A stretch of DNA of 64,000 nt from Callorhinchus milii (GCF_018977255.1 NW_024704742.1:107386001-107450000), one strand, 5' to 3'; numbered from the stretch's first letter, positions 13,701-26,180 are shown. Translations and numbers: made by a program. Notes: generated by a model from the letters alone, not told the origin.

Positions 13701-13944
13701 CTCTCTGGCTCTCCCAAACCTGGTGAAGTAGCAGCACTGCATTGGGCCAGCTCCACATGGCCCAACTTCCTGTCAAAGCTACGAGTAAAACCCAAGATCA
13801 ACTCATAAGGAATAGGATGTGGCTTTGTATGTGGATTAACCATCTGGCTTCTGCTATCTTGGGGTGCTGTGTGATATGGGTTTGTCTGTCATAAACTTGA
13901 TCTGCAAGTGTGTATGTCCGCTTTGTTATGTGATAGTACATGTG

Positions 13945-14165
13945 TCTTTCAGATGAAACGATAACTGAGGACCCACTTGCCTGTTCAGGCGAACATTAAA
14001 GATCCCATGACACTATTCGAAAAGAGAAGGGAGTTTCTCCTGGTGTCCCGGCCAACAAAACCCCAAACCACCACCAAATAGAATTGGTTACTCACTCCAC
14101 AGGTGTTTGTGGGGCATTGCTGTGCACAACCTGTCTGCTGCGTTCCGCCCACATAATACAAAGTA
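13945..14165 (+). mobile_element. DeuSINE central fragment
   Basis: TTCAGGCGAACATTAAAGATCCCATGACACTATTCG...TTTGTGGGGCATTGCTGTGCAC. Confidence 0.75.
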
Positions 14166-15203
14166 CGAACTCTTGGATTGGTGGCATGAACACAATGTTT
14201 CATGTTCACTGTCTGTATGAAGATTTGTCTTCAATTCGGGGAAATCCTGGGATATTTCACAGAGCCCCTTCCTTCTTCTCAATAAAATAAGTCTGAGGAG
14301 GGAATTCAGATTAGTAATTTCTTCCCAAAAGTGTGAGGGAGTGCAGAAGTTTCGGCTTCTATCTCAATTAATTAAGAATTTAACTTAGAAATAATCGCAA
14401 GCCAGCAATATTAAGAAAACTAAAGGTGGCAGATCAGAATAACAAGAGAGATAAACAGAATAGGTCAAAGAGGGCTGAGAAGCTCAGTAAAGAAGATAGG
14501 GCAGCAGAGAGTAGGGGAAATGGTAAGAAATTAAAATGGCTATATCTGAATGTACGAAGCATTCGGAATAAGATAGATGAATTAAAGGCACAGATACAAA
14601 CAGGTATGATCTGGTAGCCATTACTGAGACATGGTTACAGGGAGATCTAGGGTGGGAGTTAAATATTCTGGGGTTTTCAGCTTATAGGAAGGATAGACAA
14701 TGTGGAAAACGAGGTGTGGGGGTAGCTTTGTTAATAAAGGATGGAATAAAAACAGTAGAGAGGAAGGATTTCAAATCAGATAACCAGGATGTAGAGACGG
14801 TATGGGTAGAATTACGAAATAACAAGGGGCAGAAAACATTAGTGGGAGTAGTTTATAGACCCCCAAACAGTGATCAGAGCAGAGTGCAGGGTATTAATCA
14901 AGAAATTAGAGAAGCATGTAGCAAAGGTAATACAGTAATAGTGGGTGATTTCAATCTTCACATAGATTGGGAAAACCAAATCGGCAAAAGTAGGGTAGAG
15001 GAGGAGTTTATAGAATGTATGAAAGATAGCTTTTGGAGCAGTATGCTGAGGAACCAAACAGGGATAGGCCATCCTAGACCTTGTTTTGTGTAACGAAACA
15101 GGGCTAGTCGGTAATATAAATACTAAGGCTCCTCTAGGGCAGAGTGATCATAACATGAAAGAATTTAGTATTAAGTTAGAGAGCGATGTAGTCAAATCAG
15201 AAG

Positions 15204-15438
15204 CAACAACAACAACAACAACAACATGATTCCATTTATAAAGCGCCTTTCACGTCAGGAGGACGTCCCAAGGCGCTGCACAGTTGGGTCATGACCCGAG
15301 CAGGGGGGAAATGGTCAGGGGAGGGGAGAGAGCGAGGAGGGGGGAAATGGTCAGGGTGAGGGGAGGGAAGGGAGGGAGCGAGGAGGGGGAAGAGAGTCGA
15401 GAGGGGAGCTGAAGGCTCGGTCAAAGAGAAAGGGTCTT
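15204..15438 (-). mobile_element. Young L2 3' end nested in the CR1
   Basis: Nearly identical to the reverse complement of 2183-2463; it interrupts CR1 coding sequence KSE|RVLNLNKANF. Confidence 0.9.
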
Positions 15439-17035
15439 AAATTTAAATAAAGCTAACTTTATCAGGTATCAGGTATGAGGGAAGAATTAGCTAAAATAGA
15501 CTGGGGAATTAGATTAATGGATATGACAATAGACCAATAATGGCAAACGTTTAAAGATGCAGTGCAAAAATTCTCAGCGGTCACATATTCCCTTGAGGAA
15601 TAAGAGTACCACAGGGAAAGCAGTTCATCCGTGGCTAACTAGAGCAGTTAGAGAAAGTATAAAACTAAAAGAAAAGGTCTATAAAACTGCCAAAAAGAGT
15701 AACAAACCTGAGGACTGGGAGTGTTTTAGGGACCAACAAAGGAAAACCAAAAAGCTTATTAAGAGTGAGAAAATGGATTATGAGGGCAAGCTAGCTAGGA
15801 ACATTAAGACAGATTGTAAGAGTTTTTATAAGTACATGAAGAGGAATAGGCTAGCAAAAGTAAATGTGGGTCCATTACAGGCAGAGACAGGAGGAATTAT
15901 AATGAGGGATAAGGATATGGCAGAGTCCCTAAATAAATACTTTGCTTTTGTCTTCATGTTAGAAGACACAAGAAATTTACCAGAAATAGAGATGAACCAT
16001 GGGGCTAATGATAGAGAGCAACATAGGGAAATTTACATCAGCAAAGAATTGGTGCTAGGGAAATTGTTGGCATTAAAAAGTGACAAGTCCCCTGGACCTG
16101 ATGGTTTGCATCCTAGGGTTTTAAAAGAAGTAGCTCATGAGATAGTGGAGGCTCTGTGTCTGAGTTACTAAAATTCTTTGGATTCTGGAACAGTTCCCAT
16201 TGATTGGAAGATCGCAAACATCACACCACTATTTAAGAAGGGTGGGAGAGTAAAGATGGGGAACTATAGACCAGTCAGTCTGACATCGGTAGTAGGGAAA
16301 ATTCTAGAATCCTTAATGAAGGATGCCGTAGTGGGATACTTAGAGGATCACAATATAATTAGACAGGGTCAACATGGCTTTACAAAAGGGAAGTCATGCT
16401 TAACAAATCTTTTAGATTTTTTTGAGTACATATGAAGTAAATTAGATAGGGGGGAATCAGTGAATGTAGTATATTCGATAAGGTGCCGCATAAAAGGTCG
16501 ATCCAGGAGATTAGGACCCATGGAATTAAGGGGAATATATTAGCATGGATTGAAGAATGGCTAACAGGAAGAAAACAAAGAGTGGGGATAAATGGGTCCT
16601 TCTCAGATTGGCGGGATGTGACTAGTGGAGTGCCACAAGAATCAGTGCTTGGGCCTCAACTTTTTACAATCTACATCAACGATCTAGATGAGTACATCGA
16701 ACTTAATATATCCAAATTCGCGGATGACACTAAACTAGGAGGGAAAGTAAACACCGAGGATGACATTAAAAAAATGCAACGAGATATAGATAGGCTAGGT
16801 GAGTGGGCAAATAGGTGGCAGATGAAATATAATCTAGGGAAGTGTGAAGTCATCCACCTAGGTGGCAAAAACAGTAGAGCAGATTATTTTTTNAGAAGGG
16901 GAGAGACTAGATAGTGTTAGCATTCAGAGGGATTTGGGTGTCCTTGTACACCAGTCACAAAAAGTTAGTTTGCAGGTACAGTAAGCAATTAGGAAGGCTA
17001 ACGGTATGTTGGCCTTTGTTACAAAAGGGTTAGAA

Positions 17036-17360
17036 TATAATAATATATAATAATAATAATCCTTGCATTTGATATGGCGCTTTTCACGTCGGGAGGACGT
17101 CCCAAAGCGCTTCACAGAACACACTGTAAAGTGAATTGACTGTATATTTGTGGGCGAATGCGGCAGCCAATTGCGCACAGCAATGTCCCACAAACAGTCG
17201 TAGATTGAAAATGACCAATTTATTATTGTTTTGGTTTTGGAGGGATTATTATTAGGTGTGTGGAGTAAGGAAACTTGCCCAAGGTTTCGCCCTGCCTGGA
17301 ATTGAACTCAGGTCTCTCACTTGCAAAGCGAGTGCTCTAACCACTGAGCTACAGGACTTC
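17036..17360 (-). mobile_element. tRNA-derived SINE, short form, nested in the CR1
   Basis: Full-length copy highly similar to 28944-29273. Confidence 0.93.
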
Positions 17361-17423
17361 ACAAAAGACAGACATACACAAACAGACAGACAAACAGAGA
17401 CAGGCAGACACACACACACACAC

Positions 17424-17485
<62 letters not shown>

Positions 17486-17606
17486 CAGACAGACCAGACA
17501 GACCAGACAGACAGACAGACACAGACAGACAGACAGACAGACAGACAACCACACAGACACACAGACACACACAGACAGACAGACAGACACACACACACAC
17601 ACACAG
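17361..17606. repeat. Compound (CAGA)n/(CA)n microsatellite
   Basis: Directly visible; it is the source of the CLSV/RQTD low-complexity ORFs. Confidence 0.97.
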
Positions 17607-18180
17607 AGTAGGTAAGTCTTGCTGCAACTGTATAGGGCCCTGGTGAGACCCCACCTAGAGTATTGTGTGCAGCTTTGGTCTCCTTATTTAAGAAAGGATG
17701 TACTCGCCTTGGAGGAGGTATAGCGTAGATTCACTAGATTGGTACCTGGGATGAGTGGGATGAGTTATGAGGATAGGTTGAGCAATTTAGGCCTATATTC
17801 TCTAGAATTTAAAAGAATGAGAGGTGATCTTATAGAAACCTATAAGATTATTAAGGGGCACGACAGAATAGATAGTGGGAGACTTTTTCCCCTGGTTGGA
17901 GAAACTATAACCAAGGGTCACAGTCTTAAAATTAGGGGTAAGTCCTTTCGCACTGAGTTGAGGAAAAACTTCTTCACTTAGAGGGTAGTGAATTTATGGA
18001 ATTCTCTACCCCAAAGGGCTGTAGATGCTCAGTCCTTGAACATATTCAAGACTGAGATTGATAGATTTCCTGTGGATGAAGGGATTAAGAGATATGGGGA
18101 TAAGGCGGATAGGTGGAGTTAGAATAGATCAGCCATGATCTTATTGAATGGTGGGGCAGGCTCTAGGGGCCGAATGATCT

Positions 18181-19280
18181 GCCATTGCCTGGTTCGATTC
18201 CTATCTCTCTCACCGTCTCCACTTTGTTGCTTCTAACGGTTTCTCCTCCAGTCCCCGCACTGTCACATCTGGCATCCCCCAGGGCTCCCCCTTGGTAACA
18301 TCATGCGCAGACATGAGGTTAACTTCCACATGTGTGCGGATGACACCCAACTCTATGTTTCTGCCTCCACCCTCAACTCCAGGACCACTGCTGTCCTGAC
18401 AGACTCCCTGTCGGACATCAAGTCCTGGATGAGAACAAATTTCCTACAGTTGAATGTGAACAAGACTGAGGCTCTCCTGATTGGCTCACGTCAGCGCCTC
18501 AGTACCTCAGACTCTGGCAACATCAACCTCCATGGTTGCACACTTCAACTCACCAGCCAGTCAGGAGCCTGGGTGTCTTGTTCGACCCTCAACTGTCTTT
18601 TCTCCCCCACATTCAAGCCATGACCCGCTCTGCCTTCCCTCACCTCCGTAACATCGCCCGACTCCGCCATTACCTCACCCCTCAGGCTGCTGAAACTCTT
18701 GTTCATGCCTTCATCACCTCCAGGCTCGACTATGAAAATGCCCTGCTTGTCAGCCTTCCCAACTCCTCCCTCCACAGGCTGCAGATAATCCAGAACTCTG
18801 CAGCCCGTGTCCTCTCCCACACCAAACTCCATGAACCATCTCCCCCACTCTCGCCCGACTCCACTGACTCCATATCCTTCAGAGGATCCAGTTCAAAATC
18901 CTGGTCCTCACATACAAAGCCCTCAATGGCCTCGCCCCACCCTACCTCTGTGACCTCCTAACCCCCTATTAACCCGCCCGTTCCCTCCACTCAGCCAGCT
19001 CTGGCCTGCTCCACGTCCCCTGATCCACCCTTCAGCCACTCTGCCCCTAACCTCTGGAATTCCATCCCCAATCACTCTGCCTCACCCCCTCCTTAGCCTC
19101 CTTCAAGTCCCACCTCAAGACCCTCCTCTTCGACCATGCCATCGGCCACCCCCTTCCCCTCCCCTCCCTTACCCCCCCAATCCCAGCTCGGGTCTGAAAT
19201 GCTGTACTCTGTCCAGCGCCTTGGGACATCGTCCCGACATGAAAGGCGCTATACAAATGTAATCTTGTTGTTGTTGTTGT
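18181..19280 (+). mobile_element. L2 LINE, 5'-truncated, nested in the CR1 3' end
   Basis: Motifs HMCADDTQLY, FLQLNVNKTE, LVHAFITSRLDY; (TTG)n tail. Confidence 0.93.
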
Positions 19281-20379
19281 ACTCCTGCTCCTAATTCTTA
19301 TGTTCTTGTGTTCTTATCTGCAACCACAGTAAGCTGCTACAGTAAGACTTAAGCTTAACACACGCACATCCCTTTTTTTGGATAATTCCCCAATAAGGTT
19401 ATGTGATATTATTGTAATTTATCTCAGAGCTCTAACATGTATCAATAACTCAAAAGCAGATGTTATTAAACTTTTTTTGTGTAAAAATGTAAAATGCATC
19501 AATAATTAAATCAAATTAAACTGTTTTTCAATAAGTACATAAACCCTGTGAAAATAATATTGGATTCAATGTTTGCTCTTTGTCATATGCTATTTCTCCA
19601 ACTCTATGTGGAATTGATGCTATATCAGTTTTCTTGATTAAAGCAAAGAAAAAGGAAAGTCTATTCATTTACCATGAAAGGACCAAGAATAATTTGGTCA
19701 CTCAATCCACTGTTTGTGGGATGCTGCTGTGCGCAATCACGTGCTGCATTTCACCCACAAAATATATTCAATTCCTTTTACAGTATATTCTGGGAAGCAC
19801 TTTGAGACATCTCAATGATATAATAAGTCGCTATGCCAAATGCAATTATTATTTGATCAAGCCCAATCCATCCACAGACCAGCGAAAACCAACTTTTTAA
19901 AATGATTTTTACTCATCAATTCCATTTCCTTGTCTCAACAATAACTCGAGTAAAGCCTGAGTATCTATAGCATTACTTTGCAGCTGCCAGGGAAGCAACA
20001 TGTTTCATTTGATCATCTCTGTGTCATTATTTTATAACAGTTTATCCCATTCCCAGCCACATAAACATCAAGCTTTTTTTTTAAGTTATACTTAACACAG
20101 CAATAATTGCTTTATGTTTGAGTCTACTGCATACATTTGCTGTTTTTAGCTTTGACTGGATGCTTTCATTGATCAGCCACTGCTGAAGGACACAAGCAGT
20201 CCATTCAACCTATTCAACAACAACAAATGACATTTGTACAGCACCTTTCAAGTCAGGAGGACATCCCAAGGCCCTGACCGGTCAGAGATCCGATCCCAAG
20301 CATGCGCTGCCCAAATCATTTCCACTTTCTTGAGTATTTTAACCCAACCTTTCCGTTTCTGTTGATGTCGGTGGAGATC

Positions 20380-20930
20380 TGTCATAGTGCGCATATTCCA
20401 TGTTTCCATCCCAATGTGAAACGTATATTTTCACATTAATGCCGCCTTCTGTTCTTTAAATCAAATCTCTGAACTGTATTGATTTGAGTCCACTGTACTC
20501 ATTCCTGACCACCTGTTGTTATAGATTGACAAGATTATTATGATAGGTCAATAGTTGTATATTATTCAACAATAGTCTTAACATTAGGGAACCCAGAATG
20601 GATCTGTGCAAAACCCACCAGTTTCTATCCTCCTTCCTCCATTTATCAAAACTTTCAATTGCTAAGCCAATTTCCAATATGGTTAGCAAGTTGACTATTA
20701 ATTCTAGGAGCTTATGCCTTCTATATAAATCTTCATAAGATTCATATGTGGAACTTTATCAAGTACTTTCCGAAAATCCAAGTACAATTAACTTCAATCA
20801 ATCAATTTAGTTACGTGTTCAAAGAATTTCAATACGTTTCTGAAGCTTGACCTATCTATTGCTTCTAAATCCATGTTGACCACTTGTTCTAGCTTTTATG
20901 CACTTTAGATGGACACTGATGGCATATGTG
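20380..20930 (-). mobile_element. Old CR1 RT remnant
   Basis: Degenerate minus-strand motifs QHGFR, LDFRKVLDKVPH and SILG. Confidence 0.6.
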
Positions 20931-21410
20931 AAAAGAGCCAAATCAAATGGAAATCAACTGCAAGAATTATTTAGGATTCTTATTTAGGATGAGGATTAAG
21001 AAGCTGCTAACAGCCCATCCAATGGCATAGCAACTTTCAAAATGTGCATACTATTTCCTGTTTGTTTTTCTTCTGTAGATTGAATAATGAAAAAAATTAA
21101 CACTTAAAAATAAATATTCAGCAACTGACTTGTTTATTAACTATGATTCATGTTTTCCTTTACAATTCTTTTGTACGTCCAGAGAATGTATAGTAAGCAA
21201 CCTTTAGTGGGAAGAAATAATAATTTTAAGCTGTACTGAGAAAAGGAAGACAAAATGAAAGATAATAATAATCCTTGTATTTGATGAAATTATATGTCAC
21301 TGCTTCCCAGCTTGTCCCTTTTGACTTCCTCATGAACAGATGCTCTGATATAGTGTTGGGGTGGACACAATGACAGGAAGAAGCTTTTTTACTGAACAAA
21401 CAAAATAATT

Positions 21411-21770
21411 TGTGTATCAGGTTGGCGCAATAATTGCCTCTGAGTTAGAAGGTTGTTGGTTCAAGTCCCCTTTGGGTTTGGAATCACACAGTCTAAGCTA
21501 ACACTCCAATGTAATGCTGGGAGTGTATTGCATTGTCGGAGGTACCTTCCTTCGGATGAGACATTAAACTGAAGTCCCGTCTGCCTGTTCAGATGGACAT
21601 TAAAGATCCTACTGCACTATTCAAAAAGAAAATAGCTTCTCTCCTGGCCTACAAATCCACCAAATAAAATAGGTCACTCACTCCGTGGTTGTTTGTGGGA
21701 TATTGCAGTGTGAAAAAACTGGCTGCTGCATTTCACCCACAAAACACAGTCAATCCACGTCATAGTATTT
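21411..21770 (+). mobile_element. SacSINE1-like DeuSINE
   Basis: Head plus Deu core CTTCGGATGAGACATTAAAC...GGACATTAAAGATCC. Confidence 0.8.
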
Positions 21771-22644
21771 TGATATCCTTTAAATGTGTAATTAATGACT
21801 GGAACACATTGCCAGGAAGGGTGGTTGAAGCCTGAACACTGCATTCATTTAAAAAGCAGCTTTGGCCAATGGGCCTTCTTGATCTTAACCAATCTTGTGA
21901 TCTTGTGAAATGCTGAGATTGATCCATTATGCTCCAACTCCCTGGAAATCTTAAAATCCCTTCATCTTGTGCCTACTCACTTTGCTTTTAACACCATCAC
22001 TTTGACTGTGTTATTGATCAATATTGCCAAACTCCACCTGACCCCAAGTTGATGATCCCTGTCATCTTTACAAAGTTCTCTGTGATATTCATCTTACGTG
22101 AGAGGTGCAGTCCACTTCTTTCTGCTGTTCTGTCCGTTTGCACTTGTAAGAGCCAAGCTAGTCTTCCCCTGGACCAGGTTATACCGAATTCCAAGGTTCA
22201 CCTGTCCGTTGGCTTCTCTTAATCTCTTCGAAAAGCTGAATCAATATTCACAGTCTTTTAATCAATAGTCTTTTCAATAGAACTCGCTGCCCTTAAACCT
22301 GGCAATGCATTGAATTTCTTATTTTTATCACTTGTCGACTTCCCCAATAGATATTGTAAAACATACAGGAATTATACTGTTGTTAGCAGCCTAAACTCAA
22401 CCCACTAAGTGATCCATGGGAGTAGTCTTTAGCCTTACCAGCAATACAAAGTAGTATTGTATGCACAGAGGAAAGAAAAAGGCCACTCCCTCTTGTTCAA
22501 ATCACTGGGGTAGAGGTTGGAGGCAGCCTGAGACATTTAAATTGCCAGGATGGACTGAACCAGCTCAACTACTTGCCTTATCATTCACCTAGAACCAAAC
22601 AGTCTTTCCATTTCACAGGAAATGCCATAACATGCTTTGAGACA

Positions 22645-22900
22645 AGAACTTGCATTTAGATTTTTTGCCTTTCACACAGGGTCGTGCCTTGAAGCATTTA
22701 GCAATCAAGCAAAGCTTGACACCAAACCTGGGAGAGAGAAGAGAGGTGACAGTAGGCATGGTCAAAGAGGAATGTCTTCAGACTTGGAGCATACCCCCTG
22801 AATAACGGGTATTAGTGGAGGCAGAGGGGACAAGGGATGTGCAGGAAGCCAGAGCCAGCTGAGCAAAGGGGGTGGGTAGAGGAGTGGGGTATTAGCAGGA
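22645..22900 (-). mobile_element. Old L2 3' end
   Basis: Diverged match to the other L2 3' ends in the window. Confidence 0.55.
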
Positions 22901-23172
22901 CATGGGATGAGAATAACCTATGTCTAATGTAAGGATTATTACTTATTATCTACCTGTGCATTGGGTACACAAGAATTCATTTCTCCTGCATGTCTAGCTC
23001 TTTTGTACTAAGTTTCTGATATGACGTTTCAAGAACTGGGAAAACCAGCTTCCCAGTTAAAACTGTATTTAAGCATTATCTAAAATGTTACATTCTTAAA
23101 TTTTTAACAATGGTCTCAATGCTAGGACCATGGGAAAATTTGGGTCCCAGAAAGTCTTAACATTGCTGACTT

Positions 23173-23498
23173 ATAATAATATATAATAATAATAATCCTT
23201 GCATTTGATATAGCGCTTTTCACGTCGGGAGAACATCCCAAAGCGCTTCACAGAACATACTGCAAAGTGAATTGACTGTATATTTGTGGGCGAACGCGGC
23301 AGCCAATTGCACACAGCAATGTCCCACAAACAGTCGTAGATTGAAAATAACCAATTTATTATTGTTTTTTTGTTTTGGAGGGATTATTATTAGCCGTGTG
23401 GAGTAAGGAAACTTGCCCAAGGTTTCGCCCTCTGCCTGGAATTGAACTCAGGTCTCTCACTTGCAAAGCGAGTGCTCTAACCACTGAGCTACAGGACT
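23173..23498 (-). mobile_element. tRNA-derived SINE, short form, full length
   Basis: Highly similar to 17036-17360 and 28944-29273. Confidence 0.93.
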
Positions 23499-23899
23499 TG
23501 GTCTATTGGGGTGGGTGTGGGGAGGGGAGTGGGGTGGGGGGGGTTTCCAACACAGCCAAGTGCTTCTCACAAAAGGGAATTATTTAAAAATGCTTTTCAA
23601 TATTACTTTATAATTACCAAGTCATTCCAGCAGAAAGATGATTTATATTTCCACTGGAATTTTTCAATCAATTGTTAAAATAGAGGATATTTTCATGGTC
23701 AGCCATGGCACATGATAAATAATACCACCAGTGAGGCTGCCTGAGAAACCCGTGACTGTCAAGGTTACAGATGGTTACAGACACCTCACAGGCAGCTGGC
23801 CTTGACACATTATATTTGCAATGCATAATACGTTTTCAACTGCAAAAAATTGAATAGATAAAGGTATATTTGACATCCAACTCAATCTGTTTTGTGTTG

Positions 23900-24160
23900 T
23901 TCCTACCATCTGGAACTCCATCCTGGAGCCCCTCTGCCTCACCCCCTCCTTTGCCTCCTTCAAGGCCAATCTCAAGACCTTCCTTTTCGACCACCCCTTC
24001 AGTCATCTTCCTTCCTCCTCCTCACCCCACCCCATCCTCCACTCCTCTCTGATCTCAACCCATAGCTTGGGTGCAAACCCATCATTAGCCAGCATCTTGG
24101 GATGTCCTCCTGACGTAAAAGATGCTACATAAATGCAATTTGTTGTTATTGCTGTTGTTA
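23900..24160 (+). mobile_element. L2 3' end
   Basis: WNS...FKANLKTFLF followed by a degenerate L2 tail. Confidence 0.75.
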
Positions 24161-24212
24161 CTTTGCTATTGTGATTTCATATGTTAGAAATGTCACTCTT
24201 ATTTCCACTGTT

Positions 24213-24443
24213 ATCATAGAATCATAGAATTGTACAGCACAAAAAGGGGCCATTCGGCCCATCAAGTTTGTGCCGGCTCTTTGAATAGAGCAATTAATGT
24301 CAATCCCACTCCCCAGCCCTTTCCCCATAACCCTGCAAACCTGTCCTCCTCAAATACCCGTCCACCGCATTTTTAAAGGTAGTTATCGAATGGGCCTCGA
24401 CCACCCCTTTCAGGCAATGCGTTCCAGATTCGAACAACTCTGC
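24213..24443 (-). mobile_element. CR1 3' end with (ATTCTATG)n tail
   Basis: Reverse complement of 31183-31425; plus strand shows ATCATAGAATCATAGAAT. Confidence 0.88.
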
Positions 24444-24622
24444 TTACACTGGTGTTATAAATGACCTTCAACCTTGTTGAAATATTTGAGTTCCCCCTCG
24501 ATGATTCTGTGTGCGATTCCTTTGGTTCCGAGTTTCTCAACTGGAAAAGTATTTCTTTAACTGTTCGTCCAAAGTATTGGACTATGGTTAATGGAAATAA
24601 AATGAGAAAGTAACAAAGTAGT

Positions 24623-24957
24623 AATAATAATAGTCCTTGCATTTGATATAGCGCCTTATAAAGTCTTTGAGACATCTCAAAGCGCTTCATAGAATATACC
24701 GTAAAGTGAATTGACTGTATATTTTGTGGGCGAAGAGCGGCAGCAAATTGCATACAGCAGTATCCCACAAACAGTTGTGGATTGTAGTGACCAACTTATA
24801 ATTTTTTAAAAAAATTGTAGGAATTATTACCCCCGGAAAAGCAATCCGCCAATCAACTAACAACCGGGTTCCTAATTGATGCTTTGTAAACAGAGGCGTG
24901 TGGAGTAGGAAAACTTGCCCAACATTTCGCCCTGCTGGGAATCGAACCCAGGTCTCT
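24623..24957 (-). mobile_element. tRNA-derived SINE, long form, head truncated
   Basis: Matches 9635-10002 except for the 5' half of the tRNA head. Confidence 0.88.
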
Positions 24958-25006
24958 AGTAGGAATTTGTAGTCTGCTACTATTTTATTTCCATTATGTA
25001 TAAATG

Positions 25007-25222
25007 GGGTTCTAATATGTAGTGATTTCCAATAGAAGTTCCTGATAAGAAAACTAGAATTAGCTCACGTGGTTTCATGAGATCTCTCCTCCACTTCATT
25101 CTACTTCTGGGATAGATTTCTGGCAGGTTAGCAGGTGTGACATACTTTCCATTACTAGGAGGCCCCGATTGGTTTCCTTACTGAGAAATCCCATTAGAAA
25201 GTGCCACATATCAAATAGACCC
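25007..25222. mobile_element. Possible old MITE with long degenerate inverted termini
   Basis: ATATGTAGTGATTTCCAATAGAAGTTCCTGATAAGAAAAC loosely matches the reverse complement of the right end, ATATGTGGCACTTTCTAATGGGATTTCTCAGTAAGGAAAC. Confidence 0.35.
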
Positions 25223-25384
25223 TGTTATAAACATTTTCCTTGGACACTTCACCATTTGCAGAGGAGCTCAAACCTTAATCAAATAAATTATTGATGAAGA
25301 AATTAGTTTTTGTGTGTTTGTATGTATATAGATAGCTAGGTATGTACGTATGTGTGATTGTGTATGGATGTGAATGTGTACAAT

Positions 25385-25700
25385 ACAATGTACATTTATA
25401 TAGCTCCTTTCACGTCCGGAGGATGTCTCAAAGCACTTCAAATAGTAATAACAGTAATATATATAATATTTGCATTTGATATAGTACCTTATCACATCGT
25501 GGAGATGACTCAACGAACAACTAAATAAGCAGAGATGTATGGAATAAGGAAACTTGTGTAAGGTTTCGCCCTTAGAAGAAGATGTCTTCTAGACATCTCA
25601 AAGCGCTTCACAGAATTTACTGTAAAGTGAATTGACTGTATATTTGTGGGCGTCCTCTCACTTTTGAGGCAAGCACGCTAATCACGTTACAGGACTCCAT
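25385..25700 (-). mobile_element. Cluster of rearranged SINE fragments
   Basis: Several tail, body and head pieces of the tRNA-derived SINE. Confidence 0.7.
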
Positions 25701-26032
25701 GAAATGTATTACAGCAAACAGACAACCAAAGTGACTTGTAGTTAGAAATGTGAAAAAGTCACTGTGTTTTATCATACAAATTCCTTGGCATCATCATATG
25801 ATGCTTATTTACAACAGGAAACACTATTGTCTTACAGCCCATTATTATCAGCCATATTGGTCAATTACAACAGTAGGTTCAGAACCACTTGTGACTGAGT
25901 TATCTCCATTTAACTTATTGGATAGTGTCACAGAAACACTCTGGCCCTGTTTAGTGGAACCTACAATGCCACAATACTTTTGTGTCCTTTCCTGTAAGCG
26001 GGGTCCCCTTGGAGCTGAACTGGTTCCAAATT

Positions 26033-26180
26033 GAAAACAGAGAGAGCTGGGAAAACTCAGCAGGTCAGGCAGCATGTATGGAGAAAGGAAAGTGAGTCAA
26101 CGTTTTGGGTCCACAACCCTTCGCCTGACCCCTCTCTGTTTTTGTTTCAGATTTCCAGCATCTGCAGTATTTTGTGTTTG
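26033..26180. mobile_element. Penelope-like terminal repeat fragment
   Basis: GCTGGGAAAACTCAGCAGGTCAGGCAGCAT...TTTCAGATTTCCAGCATCTGCAGT, a common shark repeat that I recall as Penelope-associated. Confidence 0.55.

Larger units (their letters stand above)
14400..19317 (+). mobile_element. CR1 LINE with near-complete ORF2 pseudogene (APE + RT), interrupted by three nested insertions
   Basis: APE motifs YLNVRSI, AITETWL, VYRPP, VGDFN; RT motifs KSPGPDG, NYRPVSLTS, QHGF..GKSCLTNL, KFADDTKL; C-terminus RGDLIETYK. The 3' tail resumes at 19281 after an L2 insertion. Confidence 0.95.

Noticed and set aside
17252..17654. CLSV/RQTD-rich ORFs
   Set aside because: They are translations of the (CAGA)n/(CA)n microsatellite.
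21910..22380. Unique-looking segment as a host exon
   Set aside because: It has stops in the frames I read and faintly resembles a CR1 endonuclease region on the minus strand; too weak to call either way.
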